Source: an uncultured Nitrososphaerota archaeon
Lineage (GTDB): Archaea; Thermoproteota; Methanomethylicia; Nezhaarchaeales; WYZ-LMO8
DNA: 59,665 nt
Assembly (NCBI GenBank): GCA_964586135.1
Contig: CAZPGS010000002.1
Span: 1 to 59,665, forward strand
Direction of reading: 5' to 3'
The translations under genes were made by a program, and so were the position numbers. Position 1 is the stretch's first letter; the number at the start of each line of letters is the position of its first letter. Below, piece after piece: positions 27,136 to 36,819 of this stretch. The notes under the pieces were generated by a model. It searched no databases. It was not told the DNA's origin and was given only the letters and a program-made list of their open reading frames with translations.

Positions 27136-27300
27136 CTATGCGGGTTGAGCTGCTTTCTGCTTTGATAAGGCTAAGAACCTCCTCACGTATTCCTTATGGT
27201 TCCTGACACGGGGTACGGGGTTCCTCTTAGGCTTAGGCGGTATTTTAGGCGTTTGGGACCTGACCTTCCCAGCCTTTGTCAGTGAGCCATGTGATGGCAT
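27136..27300 (-). CDS. rps30e: 30S ribosomal protein S30e
   Basis: Not in the ORF track (54 aa). Translation is [54 protein letters not shown]. The [14 protein letters not shown] motif is the eS30 signature. ATG is at 27300 and TAG at 27136..27138. Confidence 0.85.
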   Translation of the reverse strand: MPSHGSLTKAGKVRSQTPKIPPKPKRNPVPRVRNHKEYVRRFLALSKQKAAQPA

Positions 27301-27365
27301 ATCTCAACCACCGAATTCCTTGTAAAGGGAATGGCGACCCTGATATAAATGTGTTGCTGGAGAGA

Positions 27366-28199
27366 CTAAGTAACAGGTTCCCTGGAGCCGGAAGGGGACC
27401 TCCTAAAGCGCCCGAACTCCTTTAAGCGGCTTAGCGTAATGTCGTCAAAGACAGGACCTTCTTTGCACAGCCTTAACCCATCTATGACGCACGATCCGCA
27501 GACGCCTATTGCGCACTTCACGTATCTCTCGAGTAACATTTGGTGACGTGTTCCTTTATTTAAGAGCATTTCATGTATGATGAACAGCATTTCTTCAGGT
27601 CCGCAAGCGAATGCATAAGAGATGGTTTTAGAGCTCATTAGCTCTCTAGCGACATCGACTACCGTCCCCTTAAACCCCAAGCTTCCGTCATCTGTCGCTA
27701 CTATCAAATTATCTCCAACGAGCTTAGACAACTCATCAATAAAGAGGGCCTCGTCTGCTCTCTTAAAACCGCAGACGACGTAAGGCCTTAGAGGAAGGCT
27801 TACTAAAGCCTCCACGAGGGGGAGCAACGGCGCCACCCCCACACCACCGCCGAGGACGAGCACGTCCCCTTCTCGCGAAAGATCAACGTGCGGTGCGACG
27901 AAGCCTCTGCCGTAAGGCCCCCTGATGAATATTTTATCGCCTGGATTTAACGATGCAAGGGCTTTGGTCCCCTCGCCTTTCACCTTAAACGTAAGCCCCA
28001 AGGTCGAGTCTTCATAGTCATAACTCGATGGAGATAGAGGGAACTCGTCTATGTCTGGAAGCCATACCATGACAAAGCGCCCCGGCCTCATCTTGCGTAT
28101 GGCCTTACGGTCGTTGAGCCGCAAAATTATGGAGAATAGGCCTTCTGCCTCTCTCTTCTTGTCCTTCAAGATCCCTTCAAAGTAGTACCTATCCATCAC
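27366..28199 (-). CDS. pyrK: dihydroorotate dehydrogenase electron-transfer subunit PyrK
   Basis: 277 aa with a ferredoxin-reductase-like fold and a C-terminal 2Fe-2S Cys cluster (CAIGVCGSCV...LCKEGPVF). It lies immediately upstream of pyrD. Confidence 0.85.
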   Translation of the reverse strand: MMDRYYFEGILKDKKREAEGLFSIILRLNDRKAIRKMRPGRFVMVWLPDIDEFPLSPSSYDYEDSTLGLTFKVKGEGTKALASLNPGDKIFIRGPYGRGFVAPHVDLSREGDVLVLGGGVGVAPLLPLVEALVSLPLRPYVVCGFKRADEALFIDELSKLVGDNLIVATDDGSLGFKGTVVDVARELMSSKTISYAFACGPEEMLFIIHEMLLNKGTRHQMLLERYVKCAIGVCGSCVIDGLRLCKEGPVFDDITLSRLKEFGRFRRSPSGSREPVT

Positions 28200-28200
28200 C

Positions 28201-29115
28201 TCAATGCGCCATGCCTATCAAGTCCTTGACATCTCTAAAGCCCTCTTCCTCCATGTATCTTTTTAAGCCATTTACGAGCCCCCTAAATACCTTGAGCCCG
28301 TACCTGTAGACCGCCGTGCCCACCTGGACAGCGGTGGCACCAGCCATAAGGAATTCCACAACATCTTCCCACCTCGATATCCCGCCCACGCCGATTAAGG
28401 GCGCATCAAACTCCTCGTAGAGCTCATACACGACCCTCAAGGCGATGGGCTTAATCGCGGGTCCTGAGAGGCCCCCATATATCGACGATAGCACCGGCCT
28501 TTTGGCGCGTATGTCTATGGCCATAGCCCTTATAGTGTTTACCGCGGTTATGGCTGATGCCCCATGCTTCACGGCGGCCTCGGCGACCTCCATTAAGTTC
28601 GTAGTGAGGCCCAACTTTACGAAAACGGGCAAGGACGTCACAGCAGAGACCGCTTTAACTACTTGGGCCGTGAGCCTAGGGTCTTCGGAGAACTGCCTAG
28701 TCTCGTCGACGTGAGGACATGACAAGTTCAGCTCTAAAGCCTTTGCTAAGCCTTTTTCGGAAATTAGCCAGGCCGCTTTGACGTAGTCCTCTACCTTAGT
28801 GCCAGCGATGCTGAATATCACGGGGATCTTAGTCATCGCCTTTTGGTTCTCGAGGCACTCGGCAAGGTAGTTCTCTACGCCGGGATTGGCTAGGCCTATG
28901 GCATTGAGCAAGCCAAAGCGCAACTCGACTATCACTGGGTTAGGGTTTCCTTCTCTAGGATTCACTGTGAGAGACTTCGTGACGACGGCCGAGGCCCCTG
29001 CTCTATATGCTCTAACCAACATGCTAGGCGTGGTACCAAGCACTCCCGACGCCAACATGATTGGATGCCGGAGCTTGAGCGAGGCCAAGGTGACTTCTAA
29101 GCTCATGACTGCCAC
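28201..29115 (-). CDS. pyrD: dihydroorotate dehydrogenase catalytic subunit (class 1B)
   Basis: 304 aa. Motifs include NPIMLASGV-like (HPIMLASGVLG), NAIGLANPG, LNLSCPH and GGISRWEDVVEFLMAGA. Confidence 0.95.
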   Translation of the reverse strand: MAVMSLEVTLASLKLRHPIMLASGVLGTTPSMLVRAYRAGASAVVTKSLTVNPREGNPNPVIVELRFGLLNAIGLANPGVENYLAECLENQKAMTKIPVIFSIAGTKVEDYVKAAWLISEKGLAKALELNLSCPHVDETRQFSEDPRLTAQVVKAVSAVTSLPVFVKLGLTTNLMEVAEAAVKHGASAITAVNTIRAMAIDIRAKRPVLSSIYGGLSGPAIKPIALRVVYELYEEFDAPLIGVGGISRWEDVVEFLMAGATAVQVGTAVYRYGLKVFRGLVNGLKRYMEEEGFRDVKDLIGMAH

Positions 29116-29192
29116 CTATATGAGTAGAAAACAGTTATATATTGTCATGGTAATCATTTAATTAAATCAAGCGAAACAGGAGAAGGCAAGCC

Positions 29193-30416
29193 ATGAAAGG
29201 CTATGTCGTGAGTAACTTCGTGGGCTTTCTGCTCTGCGACGAGAAGGGGGAAGTAGTCGAAAAGGTGTTGTTTCCCAAAGACCCTGGAGAGCTGGCTAAC
29301 AGGTTCTACTCGTTGAGCAGAGGAGAGGTCGTCGACGAAGTCAGAGAGCTTTGCGAAAAGACTCGAAAGCTTAATTTCGACGTGCTCGTGGTAGAAGATC
29401 CTAAGATCGCGCGAATGCTCGTCGCTTCAGGATTCCAAGAAGTTAGAGTGGAGGGCCCCAATAAAGTGGCCAAGCTCGTGAGGGCCCGTATGTTGGACCT
29501 TGCGGTCAAGCTGGGTTACGCACAAAGCGAAGAAGAGGCCTTGTCAATTCTTCAAAAAGTTGCCTCGGACTTGAGCGCTAGAAAAATAGTCGAAGCGGTC
29601 GAGAAAAGGGATCTCCTCGTCGCTCAAGCCGTTTCGTGCATAGATGAAGTCGAGAAGATGTTGAACGTATTGGCTTCAAGATTAAGGGAGTGGTATGGGG
29701 TTCACTTTCCAGAGCTCGGCAATGTCATCAAAGATCATGAGGATTTCGTAAAAGCGCTAACGATCATAGGTCATAGAGATAACGCGAAGAAGCCTGAGGT
29801 CTTGGAAAAGCTCGGCCCCTTGAGGGACAAGGTAACTAAGGTGTTAGAGGGCAGTCCTTCTCTTGGAGCTAACGTCCTTCAAAAGGACATAGAAATAATG
29901 AAGGAGGTGGCCTCGGCGACCCTGAGGCTCTACGAGCTCAATGAGAAGCTTAGAAAGTACGTTGACGAGGTCATGAGCGAGGTCGCTTCCAATACAAAAG
30001 AGCTCATAGGTCCAGTCTTAGGAGCACGATTAATAGCTCTTGCTGGAGGATTAGAGAGGCTTGCAAAGCTGCCAGCAAGCACCATTCAACTTCTCGGAGC
30101 CGAAAAAGCCCTTTTCAGAGCACTTAGAACAGGAAGCAAGCCGCCTAAGCATGGCATAATTTTCCAGTACCCCGAGGTGTACAGATCGCCCAAGTGGCAG
30201 AGGGGCAAGATAGCCAGAGCACTGGCCGGGAAAATAGCGATAGCTGCTAGAGTGGATTACTTCACAGGAGAGTACATAGCCGATGAGCTTAAGGAAGACT
30301 TGAAGAACAGGATAAAGGAAATAAAGGAGGTTTACAAGGCACCGCCTAAGAAAGTTGCAGAGAAGAGGGCGGAGAAGAGGGCCCCTAAAAAGGCTAAGAG
30401 GACAGGGGGAGAGTAG
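29193..30416 (+). CDS. nop5: C/D box sRNP core protein Nop5 (Nop56/58)
   Basis: 407 aa with the Nop domain (AEKALFRALRTGSKPPKHGIIFQ) and a lysine-rich C-terminal tail. It is followed directly by fibrillarin. Confidence 0.95.
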   Translation: MKGYVVSNFVGFLLCDEKGEVVEKVLFPKDPGELANRFYSLSRGEVVDEVRELCEKTRKLNFDVLVVEDPKIARMLVASGFQEVRVEGPNKVAKLVRARMLDLAVKLGYAQSEEEALSILQKVASDLSARKIVEAVEKRDLLVAQAVSCIDEVEKMLNVLASRLREWYGVHFPELGNVIKDHEDFVKALTIIGHRDNAKKPEVLEKLGPLRDKVTKVLEGSPSLGANVLQKDIEIMKEVASATLRLYELNEKLRKYVDEVMSEVASNTKELIGPVLGARLIALAGGLERLAKLPASTIQLLGAEKALFRALRTGSKPPKHGIIFQYPEVYRSPKWQRGKIARALAGKIAIAARVDYFTGEYIADELKEDLKNRIKEIKEVYKAPPKKVAEKRAEKRAPKKAKRTGGE

Positions 30417-30419
30417 CTC

Positions 30420-31109
30420 ATGAGAGTGAGGCTTCACGAAGACATAAGCGGGGTTTACGTAGTGGAAATGGAAGACGGAAGCACGAGGCTAGCGACTCGC
30501 AACCTAGCCCCTGGCATCAAGGTTTACGGTGAAATGCTCATTAAGTACGAAGACGTGGAGTTAAGGGTATGGGACGCTTATAGGTCTAAGCTCGCGGCGG
30601 CTTTCATGAAGGGTTTAAAGACTTCGCCTCTCGTCGATGGAGCGCGAGTCCTCTACTTAGGAGTTGCGTCTGGGACCACGTGCTCTCACATCTCTGACAT
30701 GATAGGTCATAGAGGTCGCGTTTACGGAGTTGAGTTCTCACCTAGGGTTATGAGGGAATTTCTGGAGAGGGTCGCCAGGTTTAGGAAAAACGTTGTTCCA
30801 ATATTGGCGGACGCCCGCCTACCAGTCGAGTATGCGTACTTAGTAGAAGAAGTCGACGTAATATATCAAGACGTGGCTCAACCATATCAAAGCAAGATCC
30901 TCGTTGACAACGCGGACTTTTACTTAAAGAAAGGCGGTTGGGCCTTCTTGGCGATAAAGGCTAGAAGCATAGACGTCACCAAAGAGCCTTCAGAGGTCTA
31001 TAAGAAGGAGATAGAGACCTTAAAGGACGGTGGCTTTGAGATAGTTAACGTTGTGCACTTGGAGCCCTACGACGTCGACCACGCAATGATACTAGCGCGT
31101 AGGACGTGA
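30420..31109 (+). CDS. flpA: fibrillarin-like rRNA/tRNA 2'-O-methyltransferase
   Basis: 229 aa. [17 protein letters not shown] (SAM motif), VYGVEFSPR and ILADAR motifs. Confidence 0.95.
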   Translation: MRVRLHEDISGVYVVEMEDGSTRLATRNLAPGIKVYGEMLIKYEDVELRVWDAYRSKLAAAFMKGLKTSPLVDGARVLYLGVASGTTCSHISDMIGHRGRVYGVEFSPRVMREFLERVARFRKNVVPILADARLPVEYAYLVEEVDVIYQDVAQPYQSKILVDNADFYLKKGGWAFLAIKARSIDVTKEPSEVYKKEIETLKDGGFEIVNVVHLEPYDVDHAMILARRT

Positions 31110-31570
31110 GCTCGTTGTTAAGCGACGCCTACCGTTTTGGGAGGGACTTCATCGATAGAGTAAGCAGGATATTGTCACGAGAAATAGAGAGGATAAACGA
31201 TCACTTACCTAGAGAGAGCCGAACTTTAAGAGAGCTATTGGAGATGAAAGAGCCAAAGGTATTGACTAGAGCTGGTGATGAGCTCATAATGGACAGGAAA
31301 GAACTTGAGTTTCTCGCCGACATAGTGCCAGCACATCATCACGATAAGTTGAGGTTGCCCATAATCATATTGCGTATGATAGAGATGGGAGGAGGCGTCT
31401 ACATGATATGTGGAGGAGATTTAGAGGCCCAAGTCATAGCTAAAGTCTTGGGCCCGAATGCCGTGCACTATGATGGTAGTAGGGCTTTCCTGTATAAACC
31501 TTATATAGCTATTCTACGAAGTAAGCTTAGGACGACAACAGTCATAGGCTTCGTCTCCAGCATGGAGTGA
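31106..31570 (+). CDS. UPF0216/DUF61-family protein
   Basis: 154 aa. [46 protein letters not shown]....LRLPIII resembles the archaeal DUF61 pattern. Start and stop overlaps with the flanking genes place it in the nop5-flpA operon. Confidence 0.6.
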   Translation: MSSLLSDAYRFGRDFIDRVSRILSREIERINDHLPRESRTLRELLEMKEPKVLTRAGDELIMDRKELEFLADIVPAHHHDKLRLPIIILRMIEMGGGVYMICGGDLEAQVIAKVLGPNAVHYDGSRAFLYKPYIAILRSKLRTTTVIGFVSSME

Positions 31571-32541
31571 GGAGGCAAGAGGTGCCCCTAGAGAGCGTGA
31601 TAGCGAAGATCGTGGAGTTGCTGTACGAAAAGGGCCTTGAAATGTCAAGGCCTTACATTAATGAAAGGAGCTCTATAAACATAGTCGCTAGAAGCGGGGA
31701 TAAATTGCTCCTAATCAAGGCACTAAATCATGCCAGCGAGTTGAGGAGCTCTTGCGCCGCGGAGATCAAGAAAGCAAGTTACGCCTTAAGAGGTTCACCG
31801 CTTGTCGTCAGCGAAAGGGATGGATCTCATGAAATAGATAAAGAGTCGGTTTATGAGAAGCAAGGGCTCTACATCGTTCACCCCGAAGCTCTGAGGGACT
31901 ACTTTGAAGGAAGGAGACAATATGTGTACCATAAGGGTGGCAGGTTCTACGTAAAGATTAACGGCAAAAAGTTAAGGGAAATTCGAGAGAGCATCGGCTT
32001 ATCGCTGGGCGGATTAGCAAGCCTATTGGGCGTTACAAGGAAGGCAGTTTATGAATATGAGAAGGAGGAAATGGATGCTACGATCGACGTTGCTTCAAAG
32101 CTATATGAAATCCTCAACAGGTATGTGGGTGAGGAGGCCCTGCAAGCATTCAAGCCTATAGACATCCTCGACAAAACGCTTTCTATAGAAGACAAAGGGA
32201 GCCGGAGAAGTGAAGGCAGCAAGTCGAGGCTTCAAGAAGAAGTGGCCCTAAAGCTGTCAAGGTTAGGATTTTCGATATTCCAATTTAGGGAGGCCCCGTT
32301 TAACATCATAGCTAAGAGAAATGGGGAGAGAGGGAGGACGCTACTAATTTTAACGCTAGAGGCTTTTAGCAACAAGTTCAGAGAAGAATTAGAAGTTCTT
32401 CGAGAAGTAGCAGAAGTCGCTAGGGTTAAGAAGCTAGTCGTGACGCGAAGGGCTTCCCTAGAAGAGGGGGTAATAAGCGCTAGGGAGCTTGACGACATGT
32501 CCAGCCCCGAAGAATTAATTGAAGTTGCGTCATTCGGTTAG
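31567..32541 (+). CDS. putative HTH (Xre/cro-C1 type) transcriptional regulator, archaeal ~320-aa family
   Basis: 324 aa with a central HTH: LREIRESIGLSLGGLASLLGVTRKAVYEYEKEE. The architecture matches the conserved archaeal 'putative HTH-type transcriptional regulatory protein' family. Confidence 0.7.
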   Translation: MRRQEVPLESVIAKIVELLYEKGLEMSRPYINERSSINIVARSGDKLLLIKALNHASELRSSCAAEIKKASYALRGSPLVVSERDGSHEIDKESVYEKQGLYIVHPEALRDYFEGRRQYVYHKGGRFYVKINGKKLREIRESIGLSLGGLASLLGVTRKAVYEYEKEEMDATIDVASKLYEILNRYVGEEALQAFKPIDILDKTLSIEDKGSRRSEGSKSRLQEEVALKLSRLGFSIFQFREAPFNIIAKRNGERGRTLLILTLEAFSNKFREELEVLREVAEVARVKKLVVTRRASLEEGVISARELDDMSSPEELIEVASFG

Positions 32542-33696
32542 CAGTTTAATTAAATCTACGATGTCACCACTAAATCTAAACCCCTTGGGATTGAAGTGCG
32601 TTGGAGTGGCATGGAAGCCTTGAGAGAGGAGCTTCTCGATCAGCTTCTGCATCTTTGGTTGCTTTAGCTTGTACTTATGTGAGAGGGCGTCTACGGTGTA
32701 AAAAGTCGGAGGACCATCTGCTTCGCTCGTTATCAACTTTAGGACTCTCTTGAGCGCTTTCTCGCTAGGCAAGTCCAAAGAACTCACTACTTTACTGACC
32801 TCTTCGCAAAATGCCTTGTCAAATATGGGGCCTATCCACAGAGGGCCAGCGATCTCCATGGGAGAGCCGCACTTCTCACATGAGCTTTTCATCAATGCCA
32901 TGTCTTCGAGTTTCACGACGTACCTGTGCAGGCAGTTGCGACAGTGGTATACTAAGCCGATGTTCTCTTGGCCCTCCTTAGAAGAGACCAACTGGGCGAA
33001 GACTCTAATGTAGTGTCTTGTGCTATTGACAATTAATGGCTTTATTGATAACTCGTACTTTCCAGACTCTCTGCATAGCAGGCCTAGTACAAGCCTAACT
33101 GCAAGCTCGTGGCAATACTCAGTCCTCAGGGAAAGGCCCCCGTACCTCCTCAACGCCACATGAGGGTAAACACCACATAGAGGAGGCATGTCTGTGGCGG
33201 TTAGGGCTATTACGCCACCCAAAACCGTTGACCTAATGGCCGAGTCCACGTAAGGTGCAGGCGAGCCGAAGGGGTCTATATCGACGAAGTCGAACCTCTT
33301 TCCCTTGACGTTATACCTCGACAACAAGGAGTTAGCGTTTGAAAGCTTTACTATGACCTTCTTGTGGACTTGATTCAAGAAAGCGTTGATCCTCGCGGTC
33401 CTCACGGCCACCGGGTTGACGTCTGATAACACTGCTTCTTCTACTTCTTCGACTTCTTTGGCATATCTGATGCCTCTGACTCCGCTCGCCGTTAATGGCT
33501 CTGCCACTCGCAAGTCTTTCTTCCCAATAACATTTGCATAAGCCTTTAATACGCAAATAGATAGGTCGCGCGAAAAAGACATGACAGGATTGTAGAATAC
33601 TGCCTTTCTAGCCTCCTCCCCTAAGACTGCTCTATCTGGTAGCAGAAGCTTAACCTTGCCTTCGTATAGGAGCTCGAGAGGCATTTTTATGCTCAT
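32530..33696 (-). CDS. trm1: tRNA (guanine26-N2)-dimethyltransferase Trm1
   Basis: 388 aa. VFYNPVMSFSRDLS, LTASGVRGIRYA, DIDPFGSPAPY and a Cys-rich insertion (CRNC...CEKCG). Confidence 0.9.
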   Translation of the reverse strand: MSIKMPLELLYEGKVKLLLPDRAVLGEEARKAVFYNPVMSFSRDLSICVLKAYANVIGKKDLRVAEPLTASGVRGIRYAKEVEEVEEAVLSDVNPVAVRTARINAFLNQVHKKVIVKLSNANSLLSRYNVKGKRFDFVDIDPFGSPAPYVDSAIRSTVLGGVIALTATDMPPLCGVYPHVALRRYGGLSLRTEYCHELAVRLVLGLLCRESGKYELSIKPLIVNSTRHYIRVFAQLVSSKEGQENIGLVYHCRNCLHRYVVKLEDMALMKSSCEKCGSPMEIAGPLWIGPIFDKAFCEEVSKVVSSLDLPSEKALKRVLKLITSEADGPPTFYTVDALSHKYKLKQPKMQKLIEKLLSQGFHATPTHFNPKGFRFSGDIVDLIKLLTE

Positions 33697-33720
33697 GGCC
33701 TTTAGCTCGCTTGTTTCGCA

Positions 33721-34359
33721 TCAATTACCTAAATTTACTCTCTCCTCGCCGCCACCTCGAAAGCCTATACATATTAGATATATTTCTCTGCTCCTCGGTC
33801 GCGAGGCCTTGGGCTTAAAAACACGCACCCTTTCAAACAATTGTCGTAGCTTCAATAAAATGTCATCGAGCTCGCTTCCTTGAAAAGCCTTTATTACGGC
33901 TACCCCTCCTCTTTTGAGCAACTTATTGGCAAGCTTGATCACGCATTGAATTATGTGTTCGTGCTGCGCCATATCAGTTGTCCATACGCCCGTCAACTTC
34001 GGCGAGGCGTCAGACAATATTACGTCGACTTTGTCAAGCACAATCTTCGCGAGCTCCTCATGTAAGCTCTCGTTACAAACGTCCCCCACCACCGTCTTGA
34101 CGTTAGGCCTTCCAAGCTTTTTAATGGACCTAATGTCTACCCCTATTACAAGGCCGCTAGGACCAGTCGCTTGAGAGGCTACTTGTAGCCATCCTCCAGG
34201 ATAAGCCCCTATGTCCAAAACCACCTGTCCCTCTTTAATTACGTTAAATCTCTCAATTATCTCAATCAGCTTAAAAGCGGCGCGAGACCTAAAGCCCAAA
34301 CTCTTCGCCATCTTGCAATAATGATCCCTTGACCTTTCAATCTTCCATCTTCTCGACAT
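33721..34359 (-). CDS. rlmE: 23S rRNA (uridine-2'-O)-methyltransferase RlmE/FtsJ
   Basis: 212 aa. RSRAAFKLIEI, VLDIGAYPGGWLQV, ILSDASPKLTG and VIKAFQG. Confidence 0.9.
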   Translation of the reverse strand: MSRRWKIERSRDHYCKMAKSLGFRSRAAFKLIEIIERFNVIKEGQVVLDIGAYPGGWLQVASQATGPSGLVIGVDIRSIKKLGRPNVKTVVGDVCNESLHEELAKIVLDKVDVILSDASPKLTGVWTTDMAQHEHIIQCVIKLANKLLKRGGVAVIKAFQGSELDDILLKLRQLFERVRVFKPKASRPRSREIYLICIGFRGGGEERVNLGN

Positions 34360-34369
34360 AGTTATTAGC

Positions 34370-34732
34370 TCACGACTTTAAGAGCCATCGGGTCAGGTCT
34401 TCGCATTTTTCGGGGCTTATTAGTTGTCCACTACCACATCGCGACAAGTTGGCACATGAAAAACAAGGACAGTCGCCTATCGCGTCTAAGCTCATCCTGA
34501 TGTTGCTTGAAACCGCCACGAGCTTAAAGGTCTTCGAGCGACCTCTATACACGGGTTCTCTTACGATGAGCCCCCTCCTCTCTAAGGTCAAGGCTATGCG
34601 AGAACCCTCACGGCTACTGACGTTCAACGCTCTCCACAGATCGCTCTGCAGGACTCCTTCGAGTCCCGCATTGCTTATTATCTTAAGAGCCTTTGAATAT
34701 ATGTCTTCGTCGTCTTTTCGGCTTTGTTTCAC
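34370..34732 (-). CDS. winged-helix DNA-binding protein with a C-terminal Cys cluster (possibly RPC34-like)
   Basis: 120 aa. The wHTH segment is GVLQSDLWRALNVSSREGSRIALTLERRGLIVREPV and the C-terminal cluster is CPCFSCANLSRC...C. It lies directly upstream of tfb on the same strand. The RPC34-like assignment is tentative. Confidence 0.5.
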   Translation of the reverse strand: MKQSRKDDEDIYSKALKIISNAGLEGVLQSDLWRALNVSSREGSRIALTLERRGLIVREPVYRGRSKTFKLVAVSSNIRMSLDAIGDCPCFSCANLSRCGSGQLISPEKCEDLTRWLLKS

Positions 34733-34739
34733 AGCTGAG

Positions 34740-35669
34740 TTATATGGTGACTATCAATTCAAGTTTTCGCATAAGTTCTTGGTACCTGTTACGTATCGTG
34801 ACCTCGGTTACGTTAGCCGAAGCGGCTATGTCTCTCTGCGTGCACTTGACGTGTTGAAGGATGCAGGCTATGTATATGGCTGCAGCAGCAATGCCCATAG
34901 GGCCTCTGCCAGAGGTCAGGCCCCCGCTCCTCGCTTTCTCAAGGATTGTTATAGCGAGTCTCTGGACGTCCTGCGAAAGGTTCAGCTTGTTCACAAGGCG
35001 CGGTATGAAGTTTATTGAGGCCATGGGCGTTATCTTTGCCAAGAGCGTCCTCAACAGAAGCCTATAATTCTTGCCTATTTCTCGTTTTTTGATATTGGAT
35101 ACCTGGGCGACCTCGTCGAGAGTTCTCGGTATCCTATTCTGTCTACATGCCGCGTAAATAGCACCAGCGACCATACTTCCAATGGATCTTCCCTTTATCA
35201 TCTTCGCTTCCACCATCCTTCTATAGAGGACGGCCGCGCTCTCCCTTACGTTTCTCGGAAGGCCGAGTTGAGATGCTATCCTGTCAAGCTCGGATAAGGC
35301 ATGGGTCAGGTTTCTCTCGAAAGTGTTAGACACCCTTGATCTCTGTTGCCACTTCTTCAGCTTGTAGATTTGCATTCTCTTCGCAGGACTTAAGCTCTTC
35401 AACGACTTATCATTTCCAGGCCAATTTATTACAGTCGATAGACCCTTATCGTGGATAGTAAGGGTTAAGGGGGCTCCGGCTCTGGCCCTCTTACCTTGTT
35501 GCTCGGAGTCAAAGGCCCTCCACTCAGGGCCTAGATCTATGAGGCGCTCACTAATTACGAGACCACATCTCGCGCAGGTCATTTCAGCGCGATCGTAGTC
35601 CCTAAAGAACTCCGTGCCCCCGCATTCTGGGCACTTGGGCTCGGTATCATCAGTTAACGGGCCCTTCAT
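34740..35669 (-). CDS. tfb: transcription initiation factor B (TFB/TFIIB)
   Basis: 309 aa with the Zn ribbon CPECGG...CARCGLVISE, the B-reader LGPEWRAF and two cyclin repeats. Confidence 0.95.
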   Translation of the reverse strand: MKGPLTDDTEPKCPECGGTEFFRDYDRAEMTCARCGLVISERLIDLGPEWRAFDSEQQGKRARAGAPLTLTIHDKGLSTVINWPGNDKSLKSLSPAKRMQIYKLKKWQQRSRVSNTFERNLTHALSELDRIASQLGLPRNVRESAAVLYRRMVEAKMIKGRSIGSMVAGAIYAACRQNRIPRTLDEVAQVSNIKKREIGKNYRLLLRTLLAKITPMASINFIPRLVNKLNLSQDVQRLAITILEKARSGGLTSGRGPMGIAAAAIYIACILQHVKCTQRDIAASANVTEVTIRNRYQELMRKLELIVTI

Positions 35670-35944
35670 CTCACATCATCCCCTACGCCCTTCGAAGTAG
35701 AAGTCACGTAAACCTTCTTGATACGCCTTAAATCATCGAGGGCTATTTTGCTCGAGGGTTTTATCAATATATAGGGCGATGAGATGGGCCCTATGACGTC
35801 GTAAACTAAGCCTATGACACGACTCTTGCCGTCGTAAACCGATTCACCTATTTTTGGAATGGCCTTAGAAGAGCTCTTAACCACGAATTTCTTGCTCTTA
35901 GACAGGTGAAGTGCCAATCCTAGAAGAGTCAGGGACCCCCTCAT
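35666..35944 (-). CDS. gar1: H/ACA RNP protein Gar1
   Basis: 92 aa. IGESVYDGKSRVIGLVYDVIGPISSPYILIKP matches the Gar1 core. Its stop overlaps the tfb start by 4 nt. Confidence 0.85.
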   Translation of the reverse strand: MRGSLTLLGLALHLSKSKKFVVKSSSKAIPKIGESVYDGKSRVIGLVYDVIGPISSPYILIKPSSKIALDDLRRIKKVYVTSTSKGVGDDVR

Positions 35945-36054
35945 GACAGGGGATATATCTTCAATAACCCAATATAAATGTTTCTTGAGCGGATCATATG
36001 TTTTTTAGGGCGGGTTAGACTGCTGTCCTTGGAGCTTGAGGGCTCCTCCTCTGG

Positions 36055-36360
36055 CTATTTCTTGAGCTTCTTTCTCTCTTCTGCGATTTTCTTAGCTATC
36101 ATTACGAGGATCTCCCTCTTAGGCCTCACTTTTTTGACCGAGACTCTTAAGGTCTCTTCCCACCACCAACTTGGATGGACCTTTTCCTCGATCATGGGCT
36201 CGAGGTTTAATTTTTGAGAGGCCCCGAATATCTCATCTATCTTTGGAGATGGCACGGCGAGACTCTTAGAAATCTTTCTTCCCTGAGACGCGCTTTTATT
36301 ACTGTCCAAGTAGCAAGAGTAAACGATTACTCGATTCTTGTCCCCTAATATGGCCTTCAC
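36055..36360 (-). CDS. srp19: signal recognition particle protein SRP19
   Basis: 101 aa. [34 protein letters not shown] matches the SRP19 pattern (iYP.Yld...sr.eGRr). Confidence 0.85.
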   Translation of the reverse strand: MKAILGDKNRVIVYSCYLDSNKSASQGRKISKSLAVPSPKIDEIFGASQKLNLEPMIEEKVHPSWWWEETLRVSVKKVRPKREILVMIAKKIAEERKKLKK

Positions 36361-36761
36361 TCCCCTCCACTGAGCAATGTTGCGTTTACGACGCCGTCTT
36401 GACCCGGTCTCGACAGGACCTTAGCGACTCCCTTCTCTGTCTCAATTATAGCGCCCTTAGTTATTACACCTCGTCGAGAGTAGTCTATGCTCGCGGGGTT
36501 CTCTCTGACCCTTAAGATCTTGAGCTTGTACACCTTGTTCGTCACGGGATCTAAGACGTTGGCATAAGCGGCATACTTGAGGCTTACCTTATTATTCCCA
36601 CCTCTGACCCTTTTGATGATCCTGCTCTCCTCTTCCGCTGGCAAGGTTTCGACAGGGCTTCTACCCCTTTCATACTTCCTCTTCTTCCTATGGGGCCTTA
36701 TCTTGCCCCCGCTCGGCTTCTTCAAGTCTCTGCCGTGGTATTGAGACATCGAATAGGTCAC
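36357..36761 (-). CDS. rps8e: 30S ribosomal protein S8e
   Basis: 134 aa. [25 protein letters not shown] and the later ...[17 protein letters not shown] are typical of eS8. Confidence 0.95.
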   Translation of the reverse strand: MTYSMSQYHGRDLKKPSGGKIRPHRKKRKYERGRSPVETLPAEEESRIIKRVRGGNNKVSLKYAAYANVLDPVTNKVYKLKILRVRENPASIDYSRRGVITKGAIIETEKGVAKVLSRPGQDGVVNATLLSGGE

Positions 36762-36819
36762 TCCACGTCATTGAGATTATAGTGAAGAAAAATCTAAAGA
36801 GAGAGGTTATAAGTTTTGT

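Noticed and set aside
27006-27206. 66-aa plus-strand ORF between gatD and pyrK
   Set aside because: The opposite strand encodes a textbook S30e ribosomal protein across the same interval, so the plus-strand ORF is spurious.
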